A stretch of DNA of 64,000 bases from a virus (Duplodnaviria; Caudoviricetes). The stretch's first letter is position 1. The number at the start of each line of letters is the position of its first letter. A program made the position numbers and the translations under genes. The notes beneath the pieces were generated by a model. It saw nothing but the letters and a program-made list of their open reading frames with translations. It did not search any database and had not been told where the DNA came from. Location: the IMG/VR virus record IMGVR_UViG_3300035208_003115; one strand, given 5' to 3'. Positions 1 through 8,864 of this stretch are shown piece by piece.

Positions 1-3000
1 GTCTATATACCTAGTCTCGTCCGCGCTCGTTACGGCTATCTGTTCCGCGTAAACTCCGGGCATAATAATTACTAGTCCGTGCTGAGTTGAGGACAAAGCA
101 AATGTGGTTGTTAAATAGGTCATTGCTGCGTTAATAGTTAGGAATGGACCCGTTGGGTTTCCGTCGTTTCCGTCCTTGCACACATACGCCGTAGCAGCGA
201 AAGATGAACCCGATCCCGCTGCTCCTGAATAACCACTGTAACCCGATGTTCCGGCGCCTGAGTAACCACTGTAACCGGAAGTTCCTGCCCCCGAGTAACC
301 CGAATAGCCACTTACACCCGTTAACGGAACTCCCCCTATTAAAAGAGAAGTAACACTTCCGTTTCCGATAGAAACCTGATTCGACGCTGTTGCCTCTGCC
401 CCGTAACCGATGCACGTAACGTTAGAATACTCATACTGTGGTGTTAGCGTGTGCCCTGTCCCCGACCCTGCATCGGATATCTGAACTCCGTGATAGTCAG
501 TGCCCGCTACATTTACATAGAAAGACACCGTATTAGCGTCTACTATATATACTTGATATACTTGACCGTCCGAAAGACTGGGTATAGACGCGGTTCCTTC
601 CGTATACTTAACTAGTTTCCAAGTATCGTTTGATCCAAAACCATGTCCAGTTATGGTTACATGACTCAGCGTTGTATTTATATCTGTATTATCAAAAGTG
701 ACGTCCCCGGAGGTATTGGGATTAAACGAATTGTTTATTTCGTGCCCTATAAAAGTATTGTATCCTCCCTGATTATAGCTTCCCGTGTTGTTTCCTATTA
801 GCACGTTGTTGCTGCCGCAATTTGTATATCCGGTAGAAACCCCAAGCATACTATTCGACGATCCCGTATTATTTCTTCCTACATAGGATCCAAAAAAGCT
901 AGCGGAGCCCCCCATGCTGCTTTCGCCTGCATACGACCCTATCATTGTGGAATATCCGCCGTTGTTGTGATACCCGGCGTGAATTCCCGCTAAAACTGAA
1001 AAGTAGCCTGTATTTTCATACCCAGTAGAAGGGCCTATGTGTACTGCGGCGCCCCCTGTATTATTGTGGCCCGCGAACACTCCGAACAATGTCGGCTCAC
1101 CACCAGTATTGTTGTATCCTGTTTGGAACCCAAACATTGCAGCGTAGTGCTCTGTATTTCCGTGACCCGCTCCGCTTCCAAAGAAGCAAGACTGGTACCC
1201 GGAGTTCCCGTATGCTGCGTTGTCTCCAAATGCCGTTACCTGCGCTCCTACATTATCGTAGGCGGCTTGGTACCCCACCGCTGTGAGAAAATTCCCTTCA
1301 CTATTCATCCCAGACTGATATCCAACGGCTATGGGATAGCTCCCTTTAACATTAGAGCCTGCTCCGTTGCCAAATGAAATACCATCTGTTGGTTGCCAGC
1401 TGCCATCCCAATAGTGGGTTATTCTTCTTGCTATGGAGGCGCTGTCTATAGAGTCTAGAATTAGGTCTTGGTATTTGTTATAGCCCGTTGATTCTTCGGG
1501 AGAACCTAGTTCTAGACTGTGGCTTCCTAAGTTAACATCATCTGTCGCTCCAGTATATGGAACATACAAACTTAAATCCCCGGCGTAGCCAGAGTACCCA
1601 GAAATCCCGGAACCGCTATATCCAGAATATCCACTTAAGCCGGAACCGGAATAACCACTCCTGCCAGAGTAGCCAGTATAGCCGCTCTTACCCGAAATAC
1701 CCGTATAGCCTGATGCTCCTGCAATCCCGCTTGTTCCCGTATATCCCGAAGCACCTTGTGCGCCACTGGCTCCAGTATATCCTGAACGACCCGATGCGCC
1801 AGTATAACCCGATGCTCCTGCAATCCCGCTTGTTCCCGTATATCCACTGGCTCCTACGACTCCACTTGCCCCACTCCATCCAGATTTGCCACTGGCTCCG
1901 GTGTAACCACTTTGTCCTGATGCTCCACTATAACCGGATGCGCCTATGGCCCCAGATGCTCCAGTATAGCCAGACCATCCGGATGAACCACTTGCACCTG
2001 TGTAACCCGATATTCCACTAGTTCCAGTGTACCCTGATTTCCCACTAGTGCCTGATACCCCGGTGTATCCACTAGTTCCACTAACTCCAGTATAACCAGA
2101 TTTGCCAGATACTCCTGTGTAGCCAGAGAGACCACTTGTTCCCGAAGCGCCGGTGTAACCACTTGTGCCACTAGCTCCCGTGTAACCAGAGAGACCACTA
2201 GTGCCAGACGTTCCCGAAGTTCCTTGAGAGCCAACGTTTCCAGTTCGTGCGAAATATAGACGGATATTATTTAGGTTTACCGGGGCTGTTCCAAAGGCAT
2301 GTCCACTATTTACTCGTAGTCGGATGTATGTAGTATAGGCTGTTACTGCTCCCACATTAAAATAAGAGAAGTTCTGGGTCGCGGAATCTATGTCTGTAAT
2401 ATATAAGTACCCTTTTACGCTGCTGGAGCTTGCTCCCCAATTATTGAAAGCATCACGATAATTTATGCCGTCTGCTCCTACGGAATTTATATAGACATAT
2501 GTTACTGAGGCGATGTCTGCGTCGTTAAAGCGAACTGAGCCATCGTTTGAAATACCGGCACTGGTGGTAGAATCAAAGTAGGCGGGAAATCCCGTGGTAT
2601 AGCCGCTTCTGCCAGAAATACCGGTATAACCTGAAACCCCTGATCCTGAAAATCCGGATGTTCCACTTATTCCCGTGTACCCTGATAGACCTGAAGCTCC
2701 GCTAGAACCGGTATATCCGCTTGTTCCTGATGCACCAGTATGGCCAGAAGTTCCTGAGGCTCCTGAAATACCCGTATAACCCGATTTACCAGAAACACCT
2801 GTGTAGCCAGACAAACCGCTCGTACCTGATGCTCCCGTATATCCTGAAGTCCCGGAAGCACCTGTATGTCCAGACCAGCCCGACCAACCGGATGTCCCAG
2901 TATAACCTGATCGTCCTGAAGTTCCACTTGCTCCAGTGTATCCAGACTTGCCGGATACGCCACTCGTTCCGGTATATCCACTCCATCCACTGGTTCCACT

Positions 3001-6000
3001 GGTTCCGGTATATCCTGAAATTCCTGAGCCTGAGTGCCCAGAAGTTCCCGATGTTCCTGTAAATCCACTGAGGCCAGAAACACCCGTGTATCCACTCTGG
3101 CCGGAGGTTCCAGACACTCCCGTATATCCGGACCAGCCGGAAGTACCTGATACACCTGTATATCCTGAAGTTCCGGTGTAACCTGATTTTCCAGATACTC
3201 CAGTGTAACCAGAAATACCTGAACCAGAGAAACCACTGACTCCAGAAGTTCCTGACCATCCCGAGGTTCCACTTGCTCCAGTATAACCACTAGTTCCACT
3301 AGCCCCTGTGTATCCGCTTTCTCCGCTTGCTCCTGAAGTACCAGTATATCCCGAACGTCCACTAACCCCTGTGTATCCGCTCGTGCCTGGCTCTCCGCTT
3401 GCTCCCGATGTTCCCGTGTGTCCAGATCGACCACTGGTTCCAGATGCACCGGTGTAGCCAGACTGCCCCGAAGTGCCAGTATATCCGGATAGTCCACTTA
3501 CTCCAGTATAGCCTGAAGCTCCTGAGGCTCCAGTGTATCCACTTGCCCCCACTGCTCCGGATGCTCCCGTCCATCCTGATTTACCAGATACTCCCGTATG
3601 GCCAGAAGTACCGCTAGTTCCTGACGCTCCTGTGTAACCAGAAGTTCCTGAGGCTCCGGTATAGCCAGATGCTCCAGCTGTTCCAGATGCGCCGGTATAA
3701 CCACTCGCGCCAGCTATCCCCGATACTCCAGTATATCCTGATTGACCAGAGGTTCCGCTAATTCCTGTATAGCCCGATTTACCTGATGTTCCTGTATATC
3801 CAGATATCCCGGAACCAGAAAAACCCGATGTTCCAGATACTCCAGTATAGCCGGAGATGCCCGAGCCCGAGAAGCCACTCTTTCCAGAAACTCCAGTCCA
3901 TCCAGACGTTCCCGAAGTACCCGAAGTTCCAGTATAGCCAGACGTTCCGCTAATGCCGGTGTATCCAGACTGGCCTGATGTACCGGTATAGCCGGATGTT
4001 CCAGAAGCACCTGTGTATCCACTTCTGCCTGAGGTTCCTGTATACCCAGAACGTCCACTAACTCCAGTGTATCCCGAGCGACCAGAGACACCGGTGTAAC
4101 CACTTACGCCAGATGCGCCACTATAGCCTGAAGTTCCTAATAGCGTAGACGCTGCTGCCCAATAGCCTACTGTCCCATTACTAGCCAATACCATTCCATT
4201 ATAGCCAACGGGGGTACTAGGGACGACACTAGCCTGGGCTTGTGTTAGGTGAAAATACTCCCCCGCAGTTCCGCCCTGTAGGCCCCCTAGGTTATTGTGA
4301 GAGGTGGCGGCAGAGGTTGAGAAGGTATTAGAAAAAGCAGAATCAATAGCGATAAATGTCGGGTCACCGTTCTTAAAGGTAGACCGACCTATTAGTTTAA
4401 AGTGAGCATATATATTAAGTGGTAATGTAGGGGGAACCGAACCGAGTGCAGCTTCTGCCGCAGAGGGATAGGAGTTGCGCCCATAAACCATAGCGAGATA
4501 GCCTGTATCACTTAGATACCACCACAAATTGGCATACTTATTAGGAAGTAAGTTTTGAAGTGTACCTGATCCGTTATCATATTGGGCATTAGGCCACTGT
4601 GTAACGTCTTCAACTTCGGTAAAGCCGGTTCCTCCATCTCTATACCAGACAGAGAATGTGTTAGCAATCGTAGGAGGGCCACCCACTGAAGTATCTATGG
4701 GAGAGATTATAAATTTAGTAGCTCGATCCCAGAGAGCTCCACCTGATAGAAGTATGTTTCGTGTTCCTGTTTCTCCTAGAATTAGGCCGCCGAGTCTTTC
4801 GTCTCGAGTTAGAGGGAAAGTATTATAGAATCTTTGCATAATCCCGCCGACTGCATCTTGAATACGCCGGGGATTATTAGAGATATAGAGTTCGTCGTCC
4901 ATTCTTGTAACATAACCAAGAGGGAAAATATCCTGATAGGTAATCTGGGTTGGAACCGAATAGTCGGTCGGGCCTGATCCCTCGAACAAAACAATTTCGG
5001 GATCGCCATCATTATAATCAACAGCAACCCATGTGACTCTCTGGTCTGTTAGTTCTGAAGAGGTGATTCCGTCCCAATTAGCGAATACAAGAGGGCTGGT
5101 ATCCTGGTCGTTAATGGCGATGGCCCCCGCACCAGAAGCGATAGCAATAGTCTGATTCCCTGCATCGGTTATTTCTCCACCACTTATCATTCCCGCACTA
5201 TAAGTATTAAACCAATCCATTAGGGTATTGCGTTCACTATTACTCGTATGGGCCAGGTTAACATTTGCAGAGCTAAGAGGAGTCGTGGGAATGCCGGCTA
5301 TATAGATAGAGCCATCAACCGCTGACTCGACTACATACGCTATGGTTTTTTGCAGATGGGGGGACAAAGGTAAGTCCCCCGTTAGTGCTCCCGGGGTTGC
5401 CCCAGATAAGTACATACGTGAGTTTGTCGGCCACGCACTAGTATCATAGCCATGTACAATTCCGAAAGTTGTGACAAAACCTTTTTCACCTACCGCAATA
5501 TCTTGAGTAGCAATACCCAAAATTCGGGCCTCAATAATCGAATCTGCGATAGCTTTTCTTACTAACTGAAAGTGGCCCGATACTCCAGAGGTATAGACAA
5601 CATCTCCATCCGAAATGGCCTCATCAGCTACAACCCGGATATAGTTTTCTTGTCCTATTTGTAGGGTTGGTCCGCCAGGCTCATCTAGAGCCAGGGTTTG
5701 GTGCTCAGAGTCCCAGTAGATTCTACCCGGGACACCACTTGTCCCCACTTGAGGAGATTGGTTAAAGATAATTCTATCAACAGTTAGAAGATTGTCTCCC
5801 AAATCAACATCTTGGGAAGCACCTGTATAGGGGATATAAATAGATGCTATCTCGCCAGACGAGAGGGCTCCTACTTGGTCCGCTGTTACCTCATGCGGGT
5901 TATCGGTATCTGTCGTGTGTTCGGTATAGGTGTCGGTTGTTATGACCGGATTATTAATCGTAGGAGGATAGGCCGCGTGAGATATGGCAAGCCATTCATC

Positions 6001-6378
6001 TAGGCTCAAATGGTAGAACTGGTCTATATCTGGCCAGGCTCCACCTTGTTTATTTTGCAGGTCATTATGATCGTGAGTATGCAGGTCTGTATTGCTTCCA
6101 TCTACGAGAGGAGTAAGACTTATGTCCCCGGTTGGGAGGGAAATAAAGAGGTCTTCAGCATATAGGCTATGGTCGCCCAGATTAACATCATTAAGAGCGC
6201 CAACATATGGAACATAGATGTCTTGAATTTCACCGGATGTGAGAGCCCCAATTTGTTCGGTCGTGACATTATGAGGGTTATCGAAGTCATTGATATGACC
6301 CGATAACTCAGCTTGCAATTCCGCGATGTCCTCAGGGGTTGTATCTGGGACGATAAGCGGGATCCACTCAGACGACAT
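1..6378 (-). CDS. Giant collagen-like tail fibre/appendage protein (>2126 aa, 3' end outside window)
   Basis: ATG at 6378 with GGAG upstream (MSSEWIPLIVPDTTPEDIAEL...). The frame is open to base 1, which is why the ORF track lacks it. It has repeated H-x-x-D-x-DNPH-x-VT and Y-x-PY-x-GA-x-x-DV-x-LG units and long Gly-X-Ser/Thr tracts. At the window edge is a YVCKDGNDGNPTGPFLTINAA...IIMPGVYAE start typical of parallel beta-helix domains. Confidence 0.85.
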   Translation of the reverse strand, partial: MSSEWIPLIVPDTTPEDIAELQAELSGHINDFDNPHNVTTEQIGALTSGEIQDIYVPYVGALNDVNLGDHSLYAEDLFISLPTGDISLTPLVDGSNTDLHTHDHNDLQNKQGGAWPDIDQFYHLSLDEWLAISHAAYPPTINNPVITTDTYTEHTTDTDNPHEVTADQVGALSSGEIASIYIPYTGASQDVDLGDNLLTVDRIIFNQSPQVGTSGVPGRIYWDSEHQTLALDEPGGPTLQIGQENYIRVVADEAISDGDVVYTSGVSGHFQLVRKAIADSIIEARILGIATQDIAVGEKGFVTTFGIVHGYDTSAWPTNSRMYLSGATPGALTGDLPLSPHLQKTIAYVVESAVDGSIYIAGIPTTPLSSANVNLAHTSNSERNTLMDWFNTYSAGMISGGEITDAGNQTIAIASGAGAIAINDQDTSPLVFANWDGITSSELTDQRVTWVAVDYNDGDPEIVLFEGSGPTDYSVPTQITYQDIFPLGYVTRMDDELYISNNPRRIQDAVGGIMQRFYNTFPLTRDERLGGLILGETGTRNILLSGGALWDRATKFIISPIDTSVGGPPTIANTFSVWYRDGGTGFTEVEDVTQWPNAQYDNGSGTLQNLLPNKYANLWWYLSDTGYLAMVYGRNSYPSAAEAALGSVPPTLPLNIYAHFKLIGRSTFKNGDPTFIAIDSAFSNTFSTSAATSHNNLGGLQGGTAGEYFHLTQAQASVVPSTPVGYNGMVLASNGTVGYWAAASTLLGTSGYSGASGVSGYTGVSGRSGYTGVSGRSGYTGTSGRSGYTGASGTSGYTGTSGQSGYTGISGTSGYTGTSGTSGTSGWTGVSGKSGFSGSGISGYTGVSGTSGFSGSGISGYTGTSGKSGYTGISGTSGQSGYTGVSGIAGASGYTGASGTAGASGYTGASGTSGYTGASGTSGTSGHTGVSGKSGWTGASGAVGASGYTGASGASGYTGVSGLSGYTGTSGQSGYTGASGTSGRSGHTGTSGASGEPGTSGYTGVSGRSGYTGTSGASGESGYTGASGTSGYTGASGTSGWSGTSGVSGFSGSGISGYTGVSGKSGYTGTSGYTGVSGTSGWSGYTGVSGTSGQSGYTGVSGLSGFTGTSGTSGHSGSGISGYTGTSGTSGWSGYTGTSGVSGKSGYTGASGTSGRSGYTGTSGWSGWSGHTGASGTSGYTGASGTSGLSGYTGVSGKSGYTGISGASGTSGHTGASGTSGYTGSSGASGLSGYTGISGTSGFSGSGVSGYTGISGRSGYTTGFPAYFDSTTSAGISNDGSVRFNDADIASVTYVYINSVGADGINYRDAFNNWGASSSSVKGYLYITDIDSATQNFSYFNVGAVTAYTTYIRLRVNSGHAFGTAPVNLNNIRLYFARTGNVGSQGTSGTSGTSGLSGYTGASGTSGYTGASGTSGLSGYTGVSGKSGYTGVSGTSGYTGVSGTSGKSGYTGTSGISGYTGASGSSGWSGYTGASGAIGASGYSGASGQSGYTGASGKSGWSGASGVVGASGYTGTSGIAGASGYTGASGRSGYTGASGAQGASGYTGTSGIAGASGYTGISGKSGYTGYSGRSGYSGSGLSGYSGYSGSGISGYSGYAGDLSLYVPYTGATDDVNLGSHSLELGSPEESTGYNKYQDLILDSIDSASIARRITHYWDGSWQPTDGISFGNGAGSNVKGSYPIAVGYQSGMNSEGNFLTAVGYQAAYDNVGAQVTAFGDNAAYGNSGYQSCFFGSGAGHGNTEHYAAMFGFQTGYNNTGGEPTLFGVFAGHNNTGGAAVHIGPSTGYENTGYFSVLAGIHAGYHNNGGYSTMIGSYAGESSMGGSASFFGSYVGRNNTGSSNSMLGVSTGYTNCGSNNVLIGNNTGSYNQGGYNTFIGHEINNSFNPNTSGDVTFDNTDINTTLSHVTITGHGFGSNDTWKLVKYTEGTASIPSLSDGQVYQVYIVDANTVSFYVNVAGTDYHGVQISDAGSGTGHTLTPQYEYSNVTCIGYGAEATASNQVSIGNGSVTSLLIGGVPLTGVSGYSGYSGAGTSGYSGYSGAGTSGYSGYSGAAGSGSSFAATAYVCKDGNDGNPTGPFLTINAAMTYLTTTFALSSTQHGLVIIMPGVYAEQIAVTSADETRYID
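1580..2235 (-). repeat. Second (Gly-X-Ser/Thr)n tract of the fibre
   Basis: Same SGYTG/SGYSG repeat; includes a near-exact duplication of gatgctcctgcaatcccgcttgttcccgtatatcc at ~1712 and ~1811. Confidence 0.85.
2600..4140 (-). repeat. Main (Gly-X-Ser/Thr)n tract, ~9-aa period GYTG-x-SG-x-S
   Basis: Direct translation, e.g. GTSGYSGASGVSGYTGVSGRSGYTG; degenerate 27-nt periodicity in the DNA. Confidence 0.9.
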
Positions 6379-6390
6379 TAGGGACTCCGT

Positions 6391-6813
6391 TTAGTATTTA
6401 TAGAATGCGACGATGGTTCCGCTTAGAGGGGGAATAAGAGCGGGATTTGTGATAGAGATTATTTCGCTATCGAGGGTATAGTCTGTGTCTTGGATAAGAA
6501 GAACACCGCCTACAAATAGCATGAGACTTGTTGAAGGGATTGGAGCGTGTGCTAGAGTAAAGGTAGCATTGACTCCATCAATATCCCCCGTCGGAACCTC
6601 GCTCTCTACATATTGAACTATATCCCCGTTATCAACTGCGGCCTGTAGTTGGACTACTTGGCTTGCAAGGTTAGAAAACTCTTGGTTAATGACCGTCATT
6701 GCTTGTCTCATCTCTCGATGAGTCGATAGAGTCGTAATGTATTTAATGAGATATTCAACGGCTTCTGCGAGTCGCTTTATCTCTAAATCTTGTCGTGTGT
6801 TTACTGTGTCCAT
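6391..6813 (-). CDS. Virion-associated protein: coiled coil plus small beta domain
   Basis: N-terminal heptad-like helix; C-terminal EVPTGDIDGVNATFTL...LFVGG...DY motif of the kind seen in fibre-associated modules. Confidence 0.6.
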   Translation of the reverse strand: MDTVNTRQDLEIKRLAEAVEYLIKYITTLSTHREMRQAMTVINQEFSNLASQVVQLQAAVDNGDIVQYVESEVPTGDIDGVNATFTLAHAPIPSTSLMLFVGGVLLIQDTDYTLDSEIISITNPALIPPLSGTIVAFYKY

Positions 6814-7079
6814 TAGCTTGCTCCAGTTGCCTTGAGAATAATCCGAACTATAATCTCGGCGATTATAGCAACGACACCACCGGCAATGGCTCCATAGGCA
6901 AAAATCTTAGCCTTGAGTACTTCAAACTCTGTTCGAAGTTTGGAAAGGGAGGTTTTGACTCCCGCTTCACCGTTGATTTCTTTGTCATGCCGTTCCAATT
7001 CGGCAAGCACCAACCGCTGGTACATGAGCCAGCCGTTGCTGTGGCCATTACTCTCGTTATCCGGTTTGTCGGGTGGCAT
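6813..7079 (-). CDS. Small membrane protein, holin-like
   Basis: Short coiled region followed by one C-terminal hydrophobic helix (IFAYGAIAGGVVAIIAEIIVRIIL); TAATG coupling to the next gene. Confidence 0.5.
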   Translation of the reverse strand: MPPDKPDNESNGHSNGWLMYQRLVLAELERHDKEINGEAGVKTSLSKLRTEFEVLKAKIFAYGAIAGGVVAIIAEIIVRIILKATGAS

Positions 7080-7129
7080 AGGTATGGGTCCATTGTTAGT
7101 CGGTATCCAGACTATAGAGTGTAAAGCTG

Positions 7130-7327
7130 TTATTTCTTACCAAGCGAAGAGGACTTCTTTTCGATAAAGTATGTCCGAATCAGCTCGTTACATTGAGCCT
7201 GTTCATCCTTTTTCTCTGCTCCCCTTGGCATATGCTCGCAGTTGTTGCTACAGATATGCTTTAGAAGATTTTTGAGTTTAGGGATACTCGACTCTTCTTG
7301 GCTAGAATAAGTTATAGTGGAGTCCAT
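7130..7327 (-). CDS. Small Cys/His-containing hypothetical protein
   Basis: GAGGG upstream; HICSNNCEH...C motif; fills the gap in the operon. Confidence 0.5.
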   Translation of the reverse strand: MDSTITYSSQEESSIPKLKNLLKHICSNNCEHMPRGAEKKDEQAQCNELIRTYFIEKKSSSLGKK

Positions 7328-7346
7328 TTAAAAACCCTCATTCGTA

Positions 7347-8837
7347 TTAAGAGATTTTAGTCGCTCTAATCGTTGTACGAACATATGTATATTCCGGGTT
7401 CGAACACGCGACATAAGGCGCAAGATAGACGGGAGTGCTGTCCGCCGCGATAGCGATTGTGAATGGTCCGGTAATGAGCCAATCATTTGTTACAGGTGTA
7501 GGAAACTGATGTAGAACTTGACTATTTCCTGGCCAGAACTGACCCAGAACTACGGTGCCCGATGCATTTGCTGGTACGCTCGGAAGATTTGAACCATTGC
7601 TCGCGGCCCATTTATAACTTGTTCCAGTATAATTGGGGTCGCCAGAACCGGGCGCCAGATTTGAGAACTCTATGGATCCTTCCATTTCCCATGTGCCCGT
7701 ATTTAGTGACACATAGTTATCTCCTGATATCTCAGCCCAGAATTGACAATCGGTAGTGAAGTTACTCTCTGCATAGGTCTTATCTAGAGAGAGAGGACCG
7801 ACAATATTGTCAGCATAGACGTAATCTGCATAGATGTTATTGGCGTGAACTTCGTTCCATGGATTGCCCGAGGCTCCCACTTGTACACTCGCACTATCGG
7901 GGAGAATACTGGCGTCAACTAATACCTCTCCAGATGTAATGGCGATAACCTCTACGCTATCAACGAGAACTCGAGTTCTTTCTTCAGAAGCAAGAACTAG
8001 TGTATTATTATCCCCGACAAGAGAAACGGCGGAGCCAGCAGACACGACTACGTTTCCAGAGCCATCAGATACTGCGGCCGCCTGATCTGTAAGAAGGGAC
8101 AAACTACTCAGAGATTGTATCCCATTCATACCCGTGTCAGTGATTGCTTTGATACCGGGAGCAACGTCTAGAACATCATCAACACCAGTAGCTCGAATGA
8201 GGTGATGCATTGTCTGGGTCCCCGTAACAGAAACCTGACCAGAAGGCAATGCGGGATATCCACTGATATCTGCTCGTAGTTCATTGATAGCAGCGGTTAC
8301 AGTTTGAGCGGTAGTATTTAGGGTCGTAGTTCCCATCTGCGTTTGTAGAACAGCAATGGCTGACTGGGCGTTTACAATATTAGCCTCAGCTGCATCGAGA
8401 TCCGTTCCAATGGTAGAGATGGTAGACTCGAGAGTAGCATGGGTCATCGTGCCTATATTTAGGAGATCGCCATGGTTTAGGCTTGATAGGTCTAGCTTTC
8501 CAATGGAGATGGATGCATCCGGGGCAAAATTGGCATCGGAAAGGCCACTAAGGGAATTAATGACAAGCTTATCACCGGTGATTGAATTATCTGTAATTTT
8601 AGAACCAGGAAGTGTCTCTTCCTGAATAATAAGACCAGAGATACTATTGTTGTCAAAGTCAAGACTCGTAAAAACTGACGCAGGAATAGCCTCGAGAACT
8701 GCGATCCGGTTGTTAAACCCGACCACATCCCGGGATAACTCGATAAACATGTTATCGATCTTGTTGACATCGGAGAATCTATCCCCGACCCCAGCACGAT
8801 AAATCCCTAGTAGTTTGCGATAGTTAAAGTTAGGCAT
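7347..8837 (-). CDS. Tail fibre-like protein
   Basis: GGAG RBS; coiled-coil segments, HGDLLNIGTMTH motif, L-x-TTAQTVTAAINEL fibre motif, beta-rich C-terminus. Confidence 0.6.
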   Translation of the reverse strand: MPNFNYRKLLGIYRAGVGDRFSDVNKIDNMFIELSRDVVGFNNRIAVLEAIPASVFTSLDFDNNSISGLIIQEETLPGSKITDNSITGDKLVINSLSGLSDANFAPDASISIGKLDLSSLNHGDLLNIGTMTHATLESTISTIGTDLDAAEANIVNAQSAIAVLQTQMGTTTLNTTAQTVTAAINELRADISGYPALPSGQVSVTGTQTMHHLIRATGVDDVLDVAPGIKAITDTGMNGIQSLSSLSLLTDQAAAVSDGSGNVVVSAGSAVSLVGDNNTLVLASEERTRVLVDSVEVIAITSGEVLVDASILPDSASVQVGASGNPWNEVHANNIYADYVYADNIVGPLSLDKTYAESNFTTDCQFWAEISGDNYVSLNTGTWEMEGSIEFSNLAPGSGDPNYTGTSYKWAASNGSNLPSVPANASGTVVLGQFWPGNSQVLHQFPTPVTNDWLITGPFTIAIAADSTPVYLAPYVACSNPEYTYVRTTIRATKIS

Positions 8838-8852
8838 GACATCTCCATATAT

Positions 8853-8864
8853 ATTCTAACGAGT
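8853..8864 (-). promoter_or_regulatory. Candidate promoter motif ACTCGTTAGAAT
   Basis: 11/12 identical to 25803..25814; both lie in intergenic gaps just upstream of an RBS. Confidence 0.35.

Noticed and set aside
1580-4140. Periodic DNA repeats considered as a CRISPR array or DGR template/variable repeats
   Set aside because: Repeats are degenerate at synonymous positions, have no spacers or adenine-specific variation, and no cas or reverse transcriptase gene is in the window.
131-6003. Numerous short ORFs on both strands (e.g. 2667..3497, 2936..3181 PVYP repeats)
   Set aside because: Off-frame or antisense shadows of the repetitive fibre gene that occupies 1..6378.
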